Shown piece by piece: positions 9,034-19,162 of a DNA stretch of 49,339 nt (position 1 is its first letter; each line of letters opens with the position of its first letter). The notes beneath the pieces are model-generated. The model had not been told where the DNA came from, searched no databases, and saw only the letters and a program-made list of their open reading frames with translations. A program made the position numbers and the translations under genes. The DNA is from Eubacteriales bacterium (GTDB taxonomy: Bacteria > Bacillota > Clostridia > Peptostreptococcales > T1SED10-28): NCBI GenBank assembly GCA_041642335.1, contig JBEPWR010000001.1, forward strand, positions 1 to 49,339, in the 5' to 3' direction.

Positions 9034-10803
9034 TTACTCCAGTCCATTCTCAATTGCTTCAATTGCCCCTTCACTGGACGCTGTAGCGCCGGATACCATA
9101 TCCACATCAGTTGATTGGGCTTCCAGTACCGCCTCAATGATTTCTTCAACCGCTGTATCTCCCAGTCCGTCGGTTTCACTTTCGGATACGATAATGATAT
9201 CCACAATCTCGTCTCCATCGGTAATAATATCCAGAACAATATCTCCACCATAACCGTTTCCGGTTCCCAGGGTTCCTTCCGGATCATAATCCAGGGATGC
9301 TTCTCTTTCTTCCAGGGTGATATCTTCTTTATCCAACGCATTTTGTACCGCTTCCATGGTTGCCTTGGAGGATACGGTTGCTCCGGTTTGAATATCCACA
9401 TCCGTGCTCTGCTGCGCAATAATCCGTTCGATAATGGTGACTACTGCTGCATCTCCAATTCCTTGCGTTTCGTCTTCCGCAAGAATTTTAATATCCACAA
9501 TCTCATTGCCATCCATGATGACATCGAGAACAATTTCACTGCTCTCATAGAATCCTAAGGCTCTTCCCAGAAGTCCTTCCGCCTCATATTCCGGCTGTTC
9601 CGGCTCCTCATAGGTTCCGTCAGCTTTTGCCATGGCCATTTCTACCGCTTCCATGGTAGCTTTCGAAGATACGGTAGCCCCGGTCTGTACATCCACATCG
9701 GTGCTTTGATTTTCAATAATTCGATCGATTACCGCGTTAATGGCCCCGTCTCCGATGCCTTTTGTTTCATTTTCTTCCATTACGATGATGTCTTTTATTT
9801 CTCCGTCTTCAATAATTACGTCAAGAACAATTTCACTGTTATCATAAAAGCCCAGTGCTCTTCCGACATAACCTTGGGGTTCGTAAGGTTCCATATCCGA
9901 TGCATCGACATTTTCCAGTGCATTGTCTACAGCTTCAATGGTTCCTTCGCTGGAAACCGTCGCTCCGGATACGGTATCCACATCCGTTGACTGCTCAGAT
10001 AAAATCTTGTCAATCATTTCATTAATGGCCTCATCACCTAAGCCCTCAGTTTCGCTTTGTTCCACAACGAAAATGTCTTTGATTTCCCCGTTTTCAACGA
10101 CAACATCCAGTACGATGTCTCCGCCGTAACCGGATCCGGTACCGAGAACGCCTTGTTGCTCTTGGGTGCCTCCACCGAGTTCAATTCCTGCGTCTTCCAA
10201 GGCTTGTTCCACACCGGCAATGATCGCTTCACTTGATACGGTCGCTCCGGACACGGTATCAACATCAAGGGACTGCTCCTCGACAATGCTGGCACTTACT
10301 TCTTCCAGGGCTTCATCTCCCAGCCCTTCCGTTTCACTATGTTCTACAATATTAATGGCTGTGATTTCTTCGCCATCAATGATCACATCCAGGACGACAT
10401 CGCCTCCGTAGCCTTCTACAACTACATTATAAGTCTCTCCCGATCCAAGACCTGCTTCTGCTAATGCATCTTCTACTGCGGAAATGGTCGCATTCGATGA
10501 AATCGTTGCTCCCGAGACGGTATCCACATCAGTGGAGTTGGCTTCAAGGATTGCTGCGATCACTTCGTTCACCGCTTCATCTCCAAGACCTTCCGTTTCA
10601 CTTTGCTCGATTACCTGAATGTCCACAATGTCTTCTCCATTAATAAAGACTTCCAGTTGAATTTCTCCGCCATATCCTTCTGCTGAAACCACGTAGCTTT
10701 CTGCCCCGGCGGTTACATCGTCCCGAAGCGCATCATAGCCAAAAAGCGCTCCCAAGGCGATGATGACCATGGCCACTACGGCAATGATTTGTTTCTTATC
10801 CAT
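9034..10803 (-). CDS. Membrane-anchored extracytosolic protein with six FMN_bind domains
   Basis: N-terminal TM helix; six domains of about 80-100 aa, each with G(Y/F), ET.G(L/I)GD and VD.(VS/QT)GAT.SS; extremely acidic; alternative start at 10812. Confidence 0.92.
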   Translation of the reverse strand: MDKKQIIAVVAMVIIALGALFGYDALRDDVTAGAESYVVSAEGYGGEIQLEVFINGEDIVDIQVIEQSETEGLGDEAVNEVIAAILEANSTDVDTVSGATISSNATISAVEDALAEAGLGSGETYNVVVEGYGGDVVLDVIIDGEEITAINIVEHSETEGLGDEALEEVSASIVEEQSLDVDTVSGATVSSEAIIAGVEQALEDAGIELGGGTQEQQGVLGTGSGYGGDIVLDVVVENGEIKDIFVVEQSETEGLGDEAINEMIDKILSEQSTDVDTVSGATVSSEGTIEAVDNALENVDASDMEPYEPQGYVGRALGFYDNSEIVLDVIIEDGEIKDIIVMEENETKGIGDGAINAVIDRIIENQSTDVDVQTGATVSSKATMEAVEMAMAKADGTYEEPEQPEYEAEGLLGRALGFYESSEIVLDVIMDGNEIVDIKILAEDETQGIGDAAVVTIIERIIAQQSTDVDIQTGATVSSKATMEAVQNALDKEDITLEEREASLDYDPEGTLGTGNGYGGDIVLDIITDGDEIVDIIIVSESETDGLGDTAVEEIIEAVLEAQSTDVDMVSGATASSEGAIEAIENGLE

Positions 10804-10981
10804 CCCTCTCATTCCTTTCTTAAATTAAGTTATTATTAGAACTTATGATTTACATCTCAACACATTATAGCATAGCTTAGTTAATTTTTAAACATAAAAT
10901 ATAACAATTATCCCTTAGTAACACCTATCATTTTTTCTTATCCTGCATCATCAAAACTGATGATTTGATGGGTTTTTAATA

Positions 10982-11545
10982 TTACAGCAGGCTTTGGTTT
11001 TGCATTTCAAGCTCTTTTTCCCGTATGCGTAAAAATTCAATCATATTTTCCACATGTTCCTCTAAGCTGATACCCAGCTCTTCTGCGCCTTTTTTAAGCA
11101 TTTCCCGGTCCACCCCTTTTGCAAAGGCCTTGTCTTTGATCTTTTTCTTAACGGATTTTAACTTCAGATCCTCAAAGCTTTTCGACGGACGCACCAGGGC
11201 ACAGGCCACAATAAAGCTTGCCAGTTCATCACTGGCATAAAGCGCCTTCGCCAAAAGCGTTCTCCGTGGGGTGTCCATATAGTCCGCATGGCCCTTGATC
11301 GCTTCAATAATCTCGTCAGACAGCCCCTTTTCCTGCAAAATTTCAACCCCTTTTCTCGGATGCTCTTCCGGATATTTTTCGTAATCCAGATCATGCAGAA
11401 GTGCCGTTACCGACCATTTCTCCACATCCTCTTCAAACTTTTTTGCATAGCCCCGCATACCTGCTTCCACCGCCAGGGTGTGTTTTTCCAGTTGTTGGCT
11501 CTCTACATATTCATTAAACAGATTGACAGCTTCTTCCCGATTCAT
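10982..11545 (-). CDS. HD/HDIG-domain metal-dependent phosphohydrolase
   Basis: KHTLAVE, LLHDLDYE, EEHP..G, KGH, ASDEL; RBS favours ATG at 11545. Confidence 0.85.
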   Translation of the reverse strand: MNREEAVNLFNEYVESQQLEKHTLAVEAGMRGYAKKFEEDVEKWSVTALLHDLDYEKYPEEHPRKGVEILQEKGLSDEIIEAIKGHADYMDTPRRTLLAKALYASDELASFIVACALVRPSKSFEDLKLKSVKKKIKDKAFAKGVDREMLKKGAEELGISLEEHVENMIEFLRIREKELEMQNQSLL

Positions 11546-11696
11546 AAATATCTCTCCTTTATCTACAGTGATCATTACGTCGAATTAAGTATTTATTCTA
11601 TCATAATTTTCTGATTAATAAACGGTTTTTTTGATATATATAACAATAGGACGGATTTTTCAGGTTATTTGTTTATTTTATAAGGAGGTTTCACGG

Positions 11697-12365
11697 ATGA
11701 AAATTCAATTTTTAGGACATTCCGCTTTTTATGTGGAGGCAAAAGGCTTAAAGGCTTTAATCGATCCTTTTCTCGAAGAGGATGCAGCTCAGGACTTCAG
11801 GGTTGAAGAATTAAACTATATTTTTCTTACCCACGGTCACGGGGATCATCTCGGTAGCACTGTGGAACTGGCAAAGAAATCCGGTGCCACGGTGGTGGCC
11901 AATCACGAAATTTGCATTTACCTATCCTCCTTTGATGTCGAGTGCCATCCCATGCATATCGGCGGACGTACAACCTTTCCCTTCGGACGGGTGAAAATGA
12001 CGCCGGCTCTACACGGCTCGGGGATCGAAACGGATCAGGGTGTGGTCAATGGCGGTAATCCCGGTGGATTTTTACTGGAAGTGGAGGGACAAAAGCTCTA
12101 TCATGCCGGAGACACGGGGCTTACCTATGATATGAAATTGCTGCAGATTGAAGAAGTGGATGTGGCCTTGCTGCCGATCGGCGGAAACTTCACGATGGAT
12201 GTGGAGGATGCCCTTCGGGCCGTAGACTTTATTGAGCCGAAAATTGCAATCCCCATGCACTATAATACCTTTCCGGCAATTGAGGCCTCGCCGGAAACCT
12301 TTGTTAAGGCATTAGAAAAAGCCCTGGGAAAAATCTTAGCTCCGGGAGAGTCCTTTCGCTTTTAG
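11697..12365 (+). CDS. UPF0173 metallo-beta-lactamase-fold hydrolase
   Basis: LGHS, IDPF, THGHGDH, YHAGDT, PIGGNFTM, PMHYNTF; RBS AAGGAGG before ATG 11697. Confidence 0.92.
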   Translation: MKIQFLGHSAFYVEAKGLKALIDPFLEEDAAQDFRVEELNYIFLTHGHGDHLGSTVELAKKSGATVVANHEICIYLSSFDVECHPMHIGGRTTFPFGRVKMTPALHGSGIETDQGVVNGGNPGGFLLEVEGQKLYHAGDTGLTYDMKLLQIEEVDVALLPIGGNFTMDVEDALRAVDFIEPKIAIPMHYNTFPAIEASPETFVKALEKALGKILAPGESFRF

Positions 12366-12489
12366 ATCATTCAGAGCTTCGTCACTATACTGTTAAAGTG
12401 AAGCTTCCCTACTGCGCCTCTTTTTAACCGAAGAGCGAACTTCAGGGGAGCTTTCTCTTTATCGAAATTATCGTCTTCAAGGTCCGGTG

Positions 12490-13722
12490 CTATACTTCTT
12501 TGGCCTGATCAATGACCCGCCGGGGTGCACTTTCCGCTTCTTTAGGACTGATGCCTCTTTTTTCCAGCCTTCTTTTGATCAGCCTTTCCAGGAACATCAC
12601 GATTACCGCAAACACCGGAACCCCCAGAAACATTCCCAGGATTCCGAAAATTCTTCCCCCCACATAAATGGAAAGAATAATCCAGATGGGTCGGATCCCC
12701 ACACTGTCTCCCAAAATTTTCGGACCCAGAACCAAACCGTCAAACTGCTGCAAAGCGAGAATAAAGACCGCTACCCATAAGGCCTCCTGAAAAGAGGAGA
12801 ACATGGTCACAATAATCACCGGAATTCCGCCCAAATAGGGTCCGAAATAAGGAATGATGTTGGTTACGCCGATAACGATGCTGAAAAGCAGTCGGTAGGG
12901 AATCCCTAAAATACTCAGGCCGATAAAAGCGATGACGCCGATAATAAAAGAATCCACGGTTCGCCCCACAATGTACCGTCCGAAGAGATCATCGGCGTCC
13001 CGGCCAAAATCATTGATTTTATACACCATTTCCTTCGAGAACAGGGTATAGAGGATTTTATTGATGTTCTTTTTAATAATATTCTTATCATATAGTAAGT
13101 AAAAGGCCATGATCATACCAATAAGAAAGTTGAAAATTCCTGACGTGATATTGGTGATCTGAAAAAAGATCATATCCACAATTTCGTCCAGGGATTCCCG
13201 GATATAGGAAAACCCGTTCTCCAGCCATCCCTCAATTTCCTCAAGGATCTGAAATTCCTGGATAAAGGGATCCAGATTCTGAGCCCGCAGGGTGCCTTCC
13301 AGATTTTCAACAAAAATCGTGGTATTGTCCATATAATCCGGAAAATTCCGCATAATGTCAGAAATGCTTGCAATTACCCGGGGAGTTACTACAACAAAGA
13401 CCATTACGAAAAACAGTAAAACAATCAGAAACATACTCGCAATACTTAACATTCGTTTGATTCGAACATTCTTCTTCAAAATTCCCATCCGTCCATAAAT
13501 GCTTTCTTCAAACCTCCGAACGCCGGGATTAAGAATATAGGCGGCAAAAATACCGATAATGAAGGGACTTAGAATTCTTCGAATCCATTTCCAGATCTGC
13601 ATTATCTGATCCGTGAAATATCCCATGTTTTCCAGCACTTGATAGACGACAATGGCCAGTGCAATAACCAGAAAAACGTGCAGGGCATATTTCAGTAACC
13701 TGCGATCCAGATTGATTTTCAT
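12490..13722 (-). CDS. AI-2E (UPF0118/PerM) family transporter
   Basis: PFIIG..AYILNP, NIIPYFGP, QQFDGLVLGPKILG, GILGMFLGVP. Confidence 0.92.
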   Translation of the reverse strand: MKINLDRRLLKYALHVFLVIALAIVVYQVLENMGYFTDQIMQIWKWIRRILSPFIIGIFAAYILNPGVRRFEESIYGRMGILKKNVRIKRMLSIASMFLIVLLFFVMVFVVVTPRVIASISDIMRNFPDYMDNTTIFVENLEGTLRAQNLDPFIQEFQILEEIEGWLENGFSYIRESLDEIVDMIFFQITNITSGIFNFLIGMIMAFYLLYDKNIIKKNINKILYTLFSKEMVYKINDFGRDADDLFGRYIVGRTVDSFIIGVIAFIGLSILGIPYRLLFSIVIGVTNIIPYFGPYLGGIPVIIVTMFSSFQEALWVAVFILALQQFDGLVLGPKILGDSVGIRPIWIILSIYVGGRIFGILGMFLGVPVFAVIVMFLERLIKRRLEKRGISPKEAESAPRRVIDQAKEV

Positions 13723-13817
13723 TGCATCTCCCCCCTTCTCTTTTTTTTAGCTACTTCTTATTATACCCTACCGGGTTCCACTCTTCTAGTTTTTTAAAGG
13801 GACTGACTTCATCTTTT

Positions 13818-15146
13818 TTATTTTTTCCGGGCTAAATAATTGGGTATGGAAAATCCTTCTACCAGGCTGCCTATAATATTTTCTCTGCCCGCCCGATGAT
13901 AGATTCCCTGAAAAGCGCCATTGTATACATAGAGGCCGGTAATGTAGTTGCATTCCTGAAATTCAACATGCTTCGTTGAAAAAATTGCCATGTCCATGGA
14001 AGGCACATCACAAAACTCCTGGATTAAATACTCTTCGTCCAGTTCCTCTTCAGCAAACCGTCTCCACTGCTCACTTAAATAATCCCTTCCCACGGATACC
14101 CCAAGGCAGGCGTACTTGTCCGAAGGCTTTAGCACATAACGGTCTTTATTCTCCAGGACCATTTCCAACAGTCTGGGCTCCTTGGGATTGAAGGGTACCG
14201 TATGGGGTATATGATTGTTAATGAACTGCCGTTCTTCCTCGGTTAAAAAGCCCGTGGCCTCTTCATCATGCAGCACGGAAAAAATTATTTTATTATGAAT
14301 CAGTTGAGACCGGAAGGATCCTACCACACAAACTTTTCCTTCCAGATAGGCTTTCACAAAATCCGAAAGCTCCTCCTGATGCTCCTCCACTTCCCAGGTT
14401 ACCACCCTACGGTAGATGCAATCAATTCGAAAATCCTTATAGTATAAGTGATCCCCTTTCAGTGTCAGCTCTCGGGGATCGGCAATAATGGTAGAGTAGC
14501 CCCGCTGCTCGAAGGCCTTTTGAAACTCAATAAACTCACTGGGAGGGGTGTTCCCATAAAAATCCACAATGGCAACCTGAGGCGTACTATTTTCCGGATT
14601 AAATTGCCGGTAGTTCTCCATCAGTACATCAATCCATGAATCAAAAAGTTCAAAATCATAAAAATCATAGTCTTCTTTATAGCGGTCCAGGGCCAGGGAG
14701 TTATAGATAATCTGATCAAGCTCTCTCGACTCCACCATGCCCGAGGAACCATCGGCGTTGATTTCGCAGAACTGAAAGGAGCCGTCGGGATGATAGAATA
14801 TATCAAATCGGGCCATGGGAAAGGGATGCCGGTAGCCGGGATCTTTTTCAATCAGTTTTTCCAGAAAAGGGGAAAACCCAAAGTGTTTTCGAAAACCCGG
14901 TTCGGTTAAATACCGATCAATCACCTTCTCTAAGATGATCCCGAAGGTTTTGGTCAAGGCTTTAAATCCTTGAATATCCTCTTCGGAAAAGAAAAAGGGC
15001 TGATACAAAAACTTCACCGGCTGGCCTTTATAAATTGCCGGGGAATGATTCACCTTGTTTAATACTTTTTTATATTCCTCCATATACCTCTCCGGTTCCC
15101 GGAGAACATCTTCCTTGTAACGTTGAAACAATTCGTGTTGGGGCAT
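13818..15146 (-). CDS. Circularly permuted ATP-grasp ligase (glutathionylspermidine-synthase-like)
   Basis: MARFDIF, FCEINADGSSG, IYRR, VLKPSDKYACLGV.VG, YLIQEF. Confidence 0.8.
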   Translation of the reverse strand: MPQHELFQRYKEDVLREPERYMEEYKKVLNKVNHSPAIYKGQPVKFLYQPFFFSEEDIQGFKALTKTFGIILEKVIDRYLTEPGFRKHFGFSPFLEKLIEKDPGYRHPFPMARFDIFYHPDGSFQFCEINADGSSGMVESRELDQIIYNSLALDRYKEDYDFYDFELFDSWIDVLMENYRQFNPENSTPQVAIVDFYGNTPPSEFIEFQKAFEQRGYSTIIADPRELTLKGDHLYYKDFRIDCIYRRVVTWEVEEHQEELSDFVKAYLEGKVCVVGSFRSQLIHNKIIFSVLHDEEATGFLTEEERQFINNHIPHTVPFNPKEPRLLEMVLENKDRYVLKPSDKYACLGVSVGRDYLSEQWRRFAEEELDEEYLIQEFCDVPSMDMAIFSTKHVEFQECNYITGLYVYNGAFQGIYHRAGRENIIGSLVEGFSIPNYLARKK

Positions 15147-15159
15147 TGCTTATTCCTCC

Positions 15160-16455
15160 TTAATCATTTTTTGTAACGCGCAGCGCCATCAGTGCCTTAA
15201 TGCCTTCCTCTTCATAGCGTTGTTTAATGTGCTGTCCATAGGTTTCCCCTTGTCTAACCAGCTTTTTTATCGGTTCGATCATGACTCTTTCCCCGTTCTC
15301 CAGACCCTCTTCCGCCATCCCGAGGATTTTCTCACCAAAGACCCCGAGATCTTCTCCATTAAAGGTGGCCTTGTAGCCTTTTTGGATTACGGCGTCCTTT
15401 AATCCGTTGATCGCTTCATCTCCATACTTCAAAGACAGCTGATACAGTTCTTCCAGATTCCCCGGATCATAAAACAGTCCTTTGATGATGGCCAGATAAG
15501 CCATGCTGTACTCCGCCGGCATCGAGTCCGCCATTCGGATCTCAATGTAGTTCTTTCCCCGAACATCGGGAAAAGCCATGGTATACAGGTGATCCAGTTC
15601 TTCTTTGGAAAGCCCTTGCTTTTCCCGGTAAACCTCCCATAAGGATCGATCTCCCACAGGGGTCAACTCTTCGTTTTCCAATATACAGATGGGTTTCATA
15701 TGCAGTAAGTACTCTGCATAGTCCCGGTAGTTATACCGGTTGTCCAAGGAGCCCTTCACAATTCCGCTTCGTTCCGGATCGGTATTCTCCCAGATCAGGG
15801 TCCGAAGACTGTACTTCCGATAAAGTTCCCCTTCAAAAATGGGGGCATTGTCGGTAATTAAGTAAAAAAGCGGGGTCAAAAAATTTGCCACCCGAAATTT
15901 TTTGATGAAGTCTTCTTCCGATACATAGTCAATGGCCACTTGAATAGACGCTGTACCTTTCATCATATTCAGCGCATATTTACCTCTTTTATGTAAATAT
16001 CTGGACATATATTCATATCGTTTTTTCGGGTTGAAGGGAATATCTTCGATCTTTGATTGGGGATGATAGCCGACCCCTAACAGGTACTGCTCCTGTTTTT
16101 CAAGAATGGGAAGAAGATCCCCTAAAAATTTCTCGTAAACCCCTTCAATGTGGGAAAGGTGAATACAGGGCCGGGTGGAAAATTCCAGCTGCCCTCCCGG
16201 CTCTAAGGAAATATCCATCAGTTCATTGGATAATCCCACCAGATAGTCTCCCTCATACTTTCCCTTGTATCCCTTTTCTTTCAGTTTTTTCAGTATGGTT
16301 TGAATTCCAAAATCCTCATAATAATTCACAGAGCGGAAATCTTTCCGGTGTACGACAATGTGCTCGATCTCAATACCCAGTTTGATGTTCTCCGGGGATT
16401 TTTCTCCGTTCTTCAGAATACTTACCAGTTCATTCTTAATGGCTTCTTTATTCAA
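15160..16455 (-). CDS. GCS2-family glutamate--cysteine ligase-like protein
   Basis: GIEIEH, ISLEPGGQLEFS, PKKRY..M, MMKGTASIQV, FPDVRGKNYIEIRMAD. Confidence 0.88.
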   Translation of the reverse strand: MNKEAIKNELVSILKNGEKSPENIKLGIEIEHIVVHRKDFRSVNYYEDFGIQTILKKLKEKGYKGKYEGDYLVGLSNELMDISLEPGGQLEFSTRPCIHLSHIEGVYEKFLGDLLPILEKQEQYLLGVGYHPQSKIEDIPFNPKKRYEYMSRYLHKRGKYALNMMKGTASIQVAIDYVSEEDFIKKFRVANFLTPLFYLITDNAPIFEGELYRKYSLRTLIWENTDPERSGIVKGSLDNRYNYRDYAEYLLHMKPICILENEELTPVGDRSLWEVYREKQGLSKEELDHLYTMAFPDVRGKNYIEIRMADSMPAEYSMAYLAIIKGLFYDPGNLEELYQLSLKYGDEAINGLKDAVIQKGYKATFNGEDLGVFGEKILGMAEEGLENGERVMIEPIKKLVRQGETYGQHIKQRYEEEGIKALMALRVTKND

Positions 16456-16731
16456 TGCTTACACCTCAACTTCTATTTTTCTTACTGCGTTTTTTCACAG
16501 TGTTCTAAGTATTTATACTATTACTCTTACCCATTCCATTGTACCTTACACCGGGAATTCTTACTAGAAGTATTTTTATACCCTAAATAATTTCCCCCGG
16601 TTTTTCCTTTTTAGGGCTTATTAAGAAATATTCTTAACTTTTATACTTTTTTACCAAAGTTTTTCCCGGCTTGTGCCGAAGATATTATAAGTCCTAAAAT
16701 TTTTTAGGGAAAAACTAGAAGGAGGCATTTC

Positions 16732-18894
16732 ATGAAATTATCCATCCGTATGAAAGTTATCATCACCCTAATCGTCTTTATTTCTTTACCGGCCTTAATT
16801 ACCGGGTATGTCAATTACCAAAATTCCCAGGATCTCTTAGAGTCCGAGTTTAAAAGCTCAACCACAGGCACCATCGAAGAGGTGGGAAGCGCTTTTCAAT
16901 TTTTCTTATCCGCCCAGGAGGAACTGGTAAACAGCTTAAGTGAGGATTACCATCTGCAGCGGATCTTAACCGACCCGGAAGCCAATCCGAATCTTACCCC
17001 TCCGGTCACACCTCCCGGAGATGAGGAAGATCCCGACGGTGAAGAAGAGCCTGTTGCCGAACCGGAGCTTGAAAGCAATGATTATCTTGCCCGTGTAATG
17101 GATACCTTACAAAACACCGTAGAAAATCACGAGAGTACACTTCACGCTTATATCGGTACCGAGCTCGGCGATATGTACGTCTCGCCGGCCATCGATCTTC
17201 CAGCGGATTTCGACCCTCGTGGACGCCCCTGGTACATAGAATCTGAAGAAAGCGGTACGCTGACTTGGACGGATCCTTATGTGGACGAAGGCACCGGCGG
17301 CCTGGTGGTTTCTCTTGCAAAACCGGTATATAATCCGGATAATAACAATTTTGTCGGAGTCAGCGCGATCGATTTGAAACTGAATGTTCTGCAAACCCTC
17401 TTAAATGAAGTGGAATTAGGGGATAGCGGATATTTAATCCTTACCAATAATGAAGGAGAAATCATCGCCCATGAAGACGAGACCTTGGTTTCCCTCGATA
17501 TTTCCGAAGCCATCCCCGGCCTTACGGACACCTTGGTGGGTAATGAGTCCGGTGATTATGATTTCAGTCGGGAAGACAACGATTTTTTTGCGGTATACGA
17601 TACGATCTCCGGTACCGACTGGAAGCTAATCGGGGTGATGGATTACGGGGAAATCGATGAAAACACCCAGGCCATCTTAACCGGAACCCTGATGAGTACC
17701 GGAATTACCCTATTGATTGCTTTACTGGCAGGGATTTTGATCTCCATTAGTATCACAAAACCCCTTAAAGTGTTGGTTTCCGATATGTCGAAGGTCGGTA
17801 AAGGAGATTTCACGACCCAATCCTCCATATCCACCCATGGAGAAGTCGGCGAGGTTGCCAAAACCTTAAACCAGGTTACCCAGTCTCTTCGAGGCTTAAT
17901 ACAAAATATCCAGAATGCGTCCACAAACGTATTGAATTATGCCGATACGCTAAACCACAGTATCGAGTCCACCAGCAGCAGTTCCCAGGAGGTTACCCGG
18001 GCAGTTGAAGAAATTGCAAACGGCGCTACGGAGCAGGCCAGCGAGGCGGAAAAAGGATCGGTTATGACCGAAAAACTCTCTGATAAATTCCAGGAGTTAA
18101 AGACCAGCTCCGGTCAAATGCTCAGTGCCTCGGAGTCCGTTCTTTCAGCCAATGAAAAAGGGGTTTCCACCTTGGAAAACCTCAATGCCAAGTCGGATGA
18201 AAACAAAGGCGCCATTGATAATATCGAAAATGCCGTAATCCAACTGAATGAGAAAACCACCTCCATCGGCACAATCTTAGACAGCATCAGTGCCATCTCG
18301 GAACAAACGAACCTCTTGGCCTTAAATGCGGCGATAGAAGCTGCAAGAGCCGGAGAAGCCGGACGGGGCTTTGCGGTTGTTGCCGAGGAAATACGAAAAC
18401 TTGCGGAGCAGACCTCCAAGTCCACCGACCAGATCAGTGGAATCATCTCCGATATTACCGAGGAAAGCAACCAGACCGTAACCATTATGAAAGATGTAAA
18501 GTCCGCGAACCTTCAACAGGCAGAGGCCATCGGCGGAGTAAATACCTCGTTTGAGGATATTTCCACCGCTACCCGGACGATCACTTCAAAAATTGAAGAG
18601 ATCAACGGCTCCATCGATGCAATGACCCAGGACAGCAATGAAATTGTATCCGTCATTGCCAATATCTCTGCGGTATCCCAGCAGACTGCGGCATCTTCCG
18701 AGGAAGTAACCGCTTCCATGGAGCAGACGGCGTCCACCTTAACGGAAATTGAAAAAACTTCCGGACATCTGATTTCCCTGGCCCATGAACTGAACGAGGA
18801 AATCGCACAGTTTAAAGTGGAGGACAAGGAAAAAACCCCTTCCGCCGGTTTTCAGGAAGCTGATTCGGACCAGGCAGACAGTACTGAACAGTAA
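16732..18894 (+). CDS. Methyl-accepting chemotaxis protein (dCache_1-HAMP-MCPsignal)
   Basis: Two TM helices, [52 protein letters not shown]. Confidence 0.97.
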   Translation: MKLSIRMKVIITLIVFISLPALITGYVNYQNSQDLLESEFKSSTTGTIEEVGSAFQFFLSAQEELVNSLSEDYHLQRILTDPEANPNLTPPVTPPGDEEDPDGEEEPVAEPELESNDYLARVMDTLQNTVENHESTLHAYIGTELGDMYVSPAIDLPADFDPRGRPWYIESEESGTLTWTDPYVDEGTGGLVVSLAKPVYNPDNNNFVGVSAIDLKLNVLQTLLNEVELGDSGYLILTNNEGEIIAHEDETLVSLDISEAIPGLTDTLVGNESGDYDFSREDNDFFAVYDTISGTDWKLIGVMDYGEIDENTQAILTGTLMSTGITLLIALLAGILISISITKPLKVLVSDMSKVGKGDFTTQSSISTHGEVGEVAKTLNQVTQSLRGLIQNIQNASTNVLNYADTLNHSIESTSSSSQEVTRAVEEIANGATEQASEAEKGSVMTEKLSDKFQELKTSSGQMLSASESVLSANEKGVSTLENLNAKSDENKGAIDNIENAVIQLNEKTTSIGTILDSISAISEQTNLLALNAAIEAARAGEAGRGFAVVAEEIRKLAEQTSKSTDQISGIISDITEESNQTVTIMKDVKSANLQQAEAIGGVNTSFEDISTATRTITSKIEEINGSIDAMTQDSNEIVSVIANISAVSQQTAASSEEVTASMEQTASTLTEIEKTSGHLISLAHELNEEIAQFKVEDKEKTPSAGFQEADSDQADSTEQ

Positions 18895-18927
18895 TCGATT
18901 TTTAGCATAATACTTTAAAAACACTTC

Positions 18928-18963
18928 AAAGCATTTGCTCTACGGGGCAAATGCTTTTTCTTT
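18928..18963 (+). terminator. Terminator after the MCP gene
   Basis: AAAGCATTTGC / GCAAATGCTTT followed by T-rich tail. Confidence 0.85.
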
Positions 18964-19035
18964 GTGGATAACTATGTAATTATTAGTGGTTATTTTTAAA
19001 CTTTATCCCCAGTATACACAAGATGTTGTGTATAA
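18963..19035. promoter_or_regulatory. DnaA-box cluster (4 boxes)
   Basis: TGTGGATAA 18963-18971 and TGTGTATAA 19027-19035 are perfect reverse matches to TTWTNCACA; TTATCCCCA 19003-19011 and GTATACACA 19012-19020 each have one mismatch. Confidence 0.75.
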
Positions 19036-19162
19036 ACATATTTCCTTCAAAAGCCGAAAGAATTTCTTTATTCCTGGTAGGAATGATGCTATAATATATT
19101 TAGGATTACGAATTAAATTTTATTCCCACCCTATTAAAACCACCTGTTTAGGAGCGATGTCC

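Noticed and set aside
12400-12454. Structured ncRNA between the hydrolase and AI-2E genes
   Set aside because: An imperfect hairpin between convergent genes is adequately explained as a terminator.
15160-16455. Ergothioneine egtA cluster
   Set aside because: No egtB, egtC or egtD nearby; the partner is an ATP-grasp ligase.
18963-19035. oriC
   Set aside because: Only four boxes and none of the usual dnaA/dnaN/rpmH/gidA neighbours.
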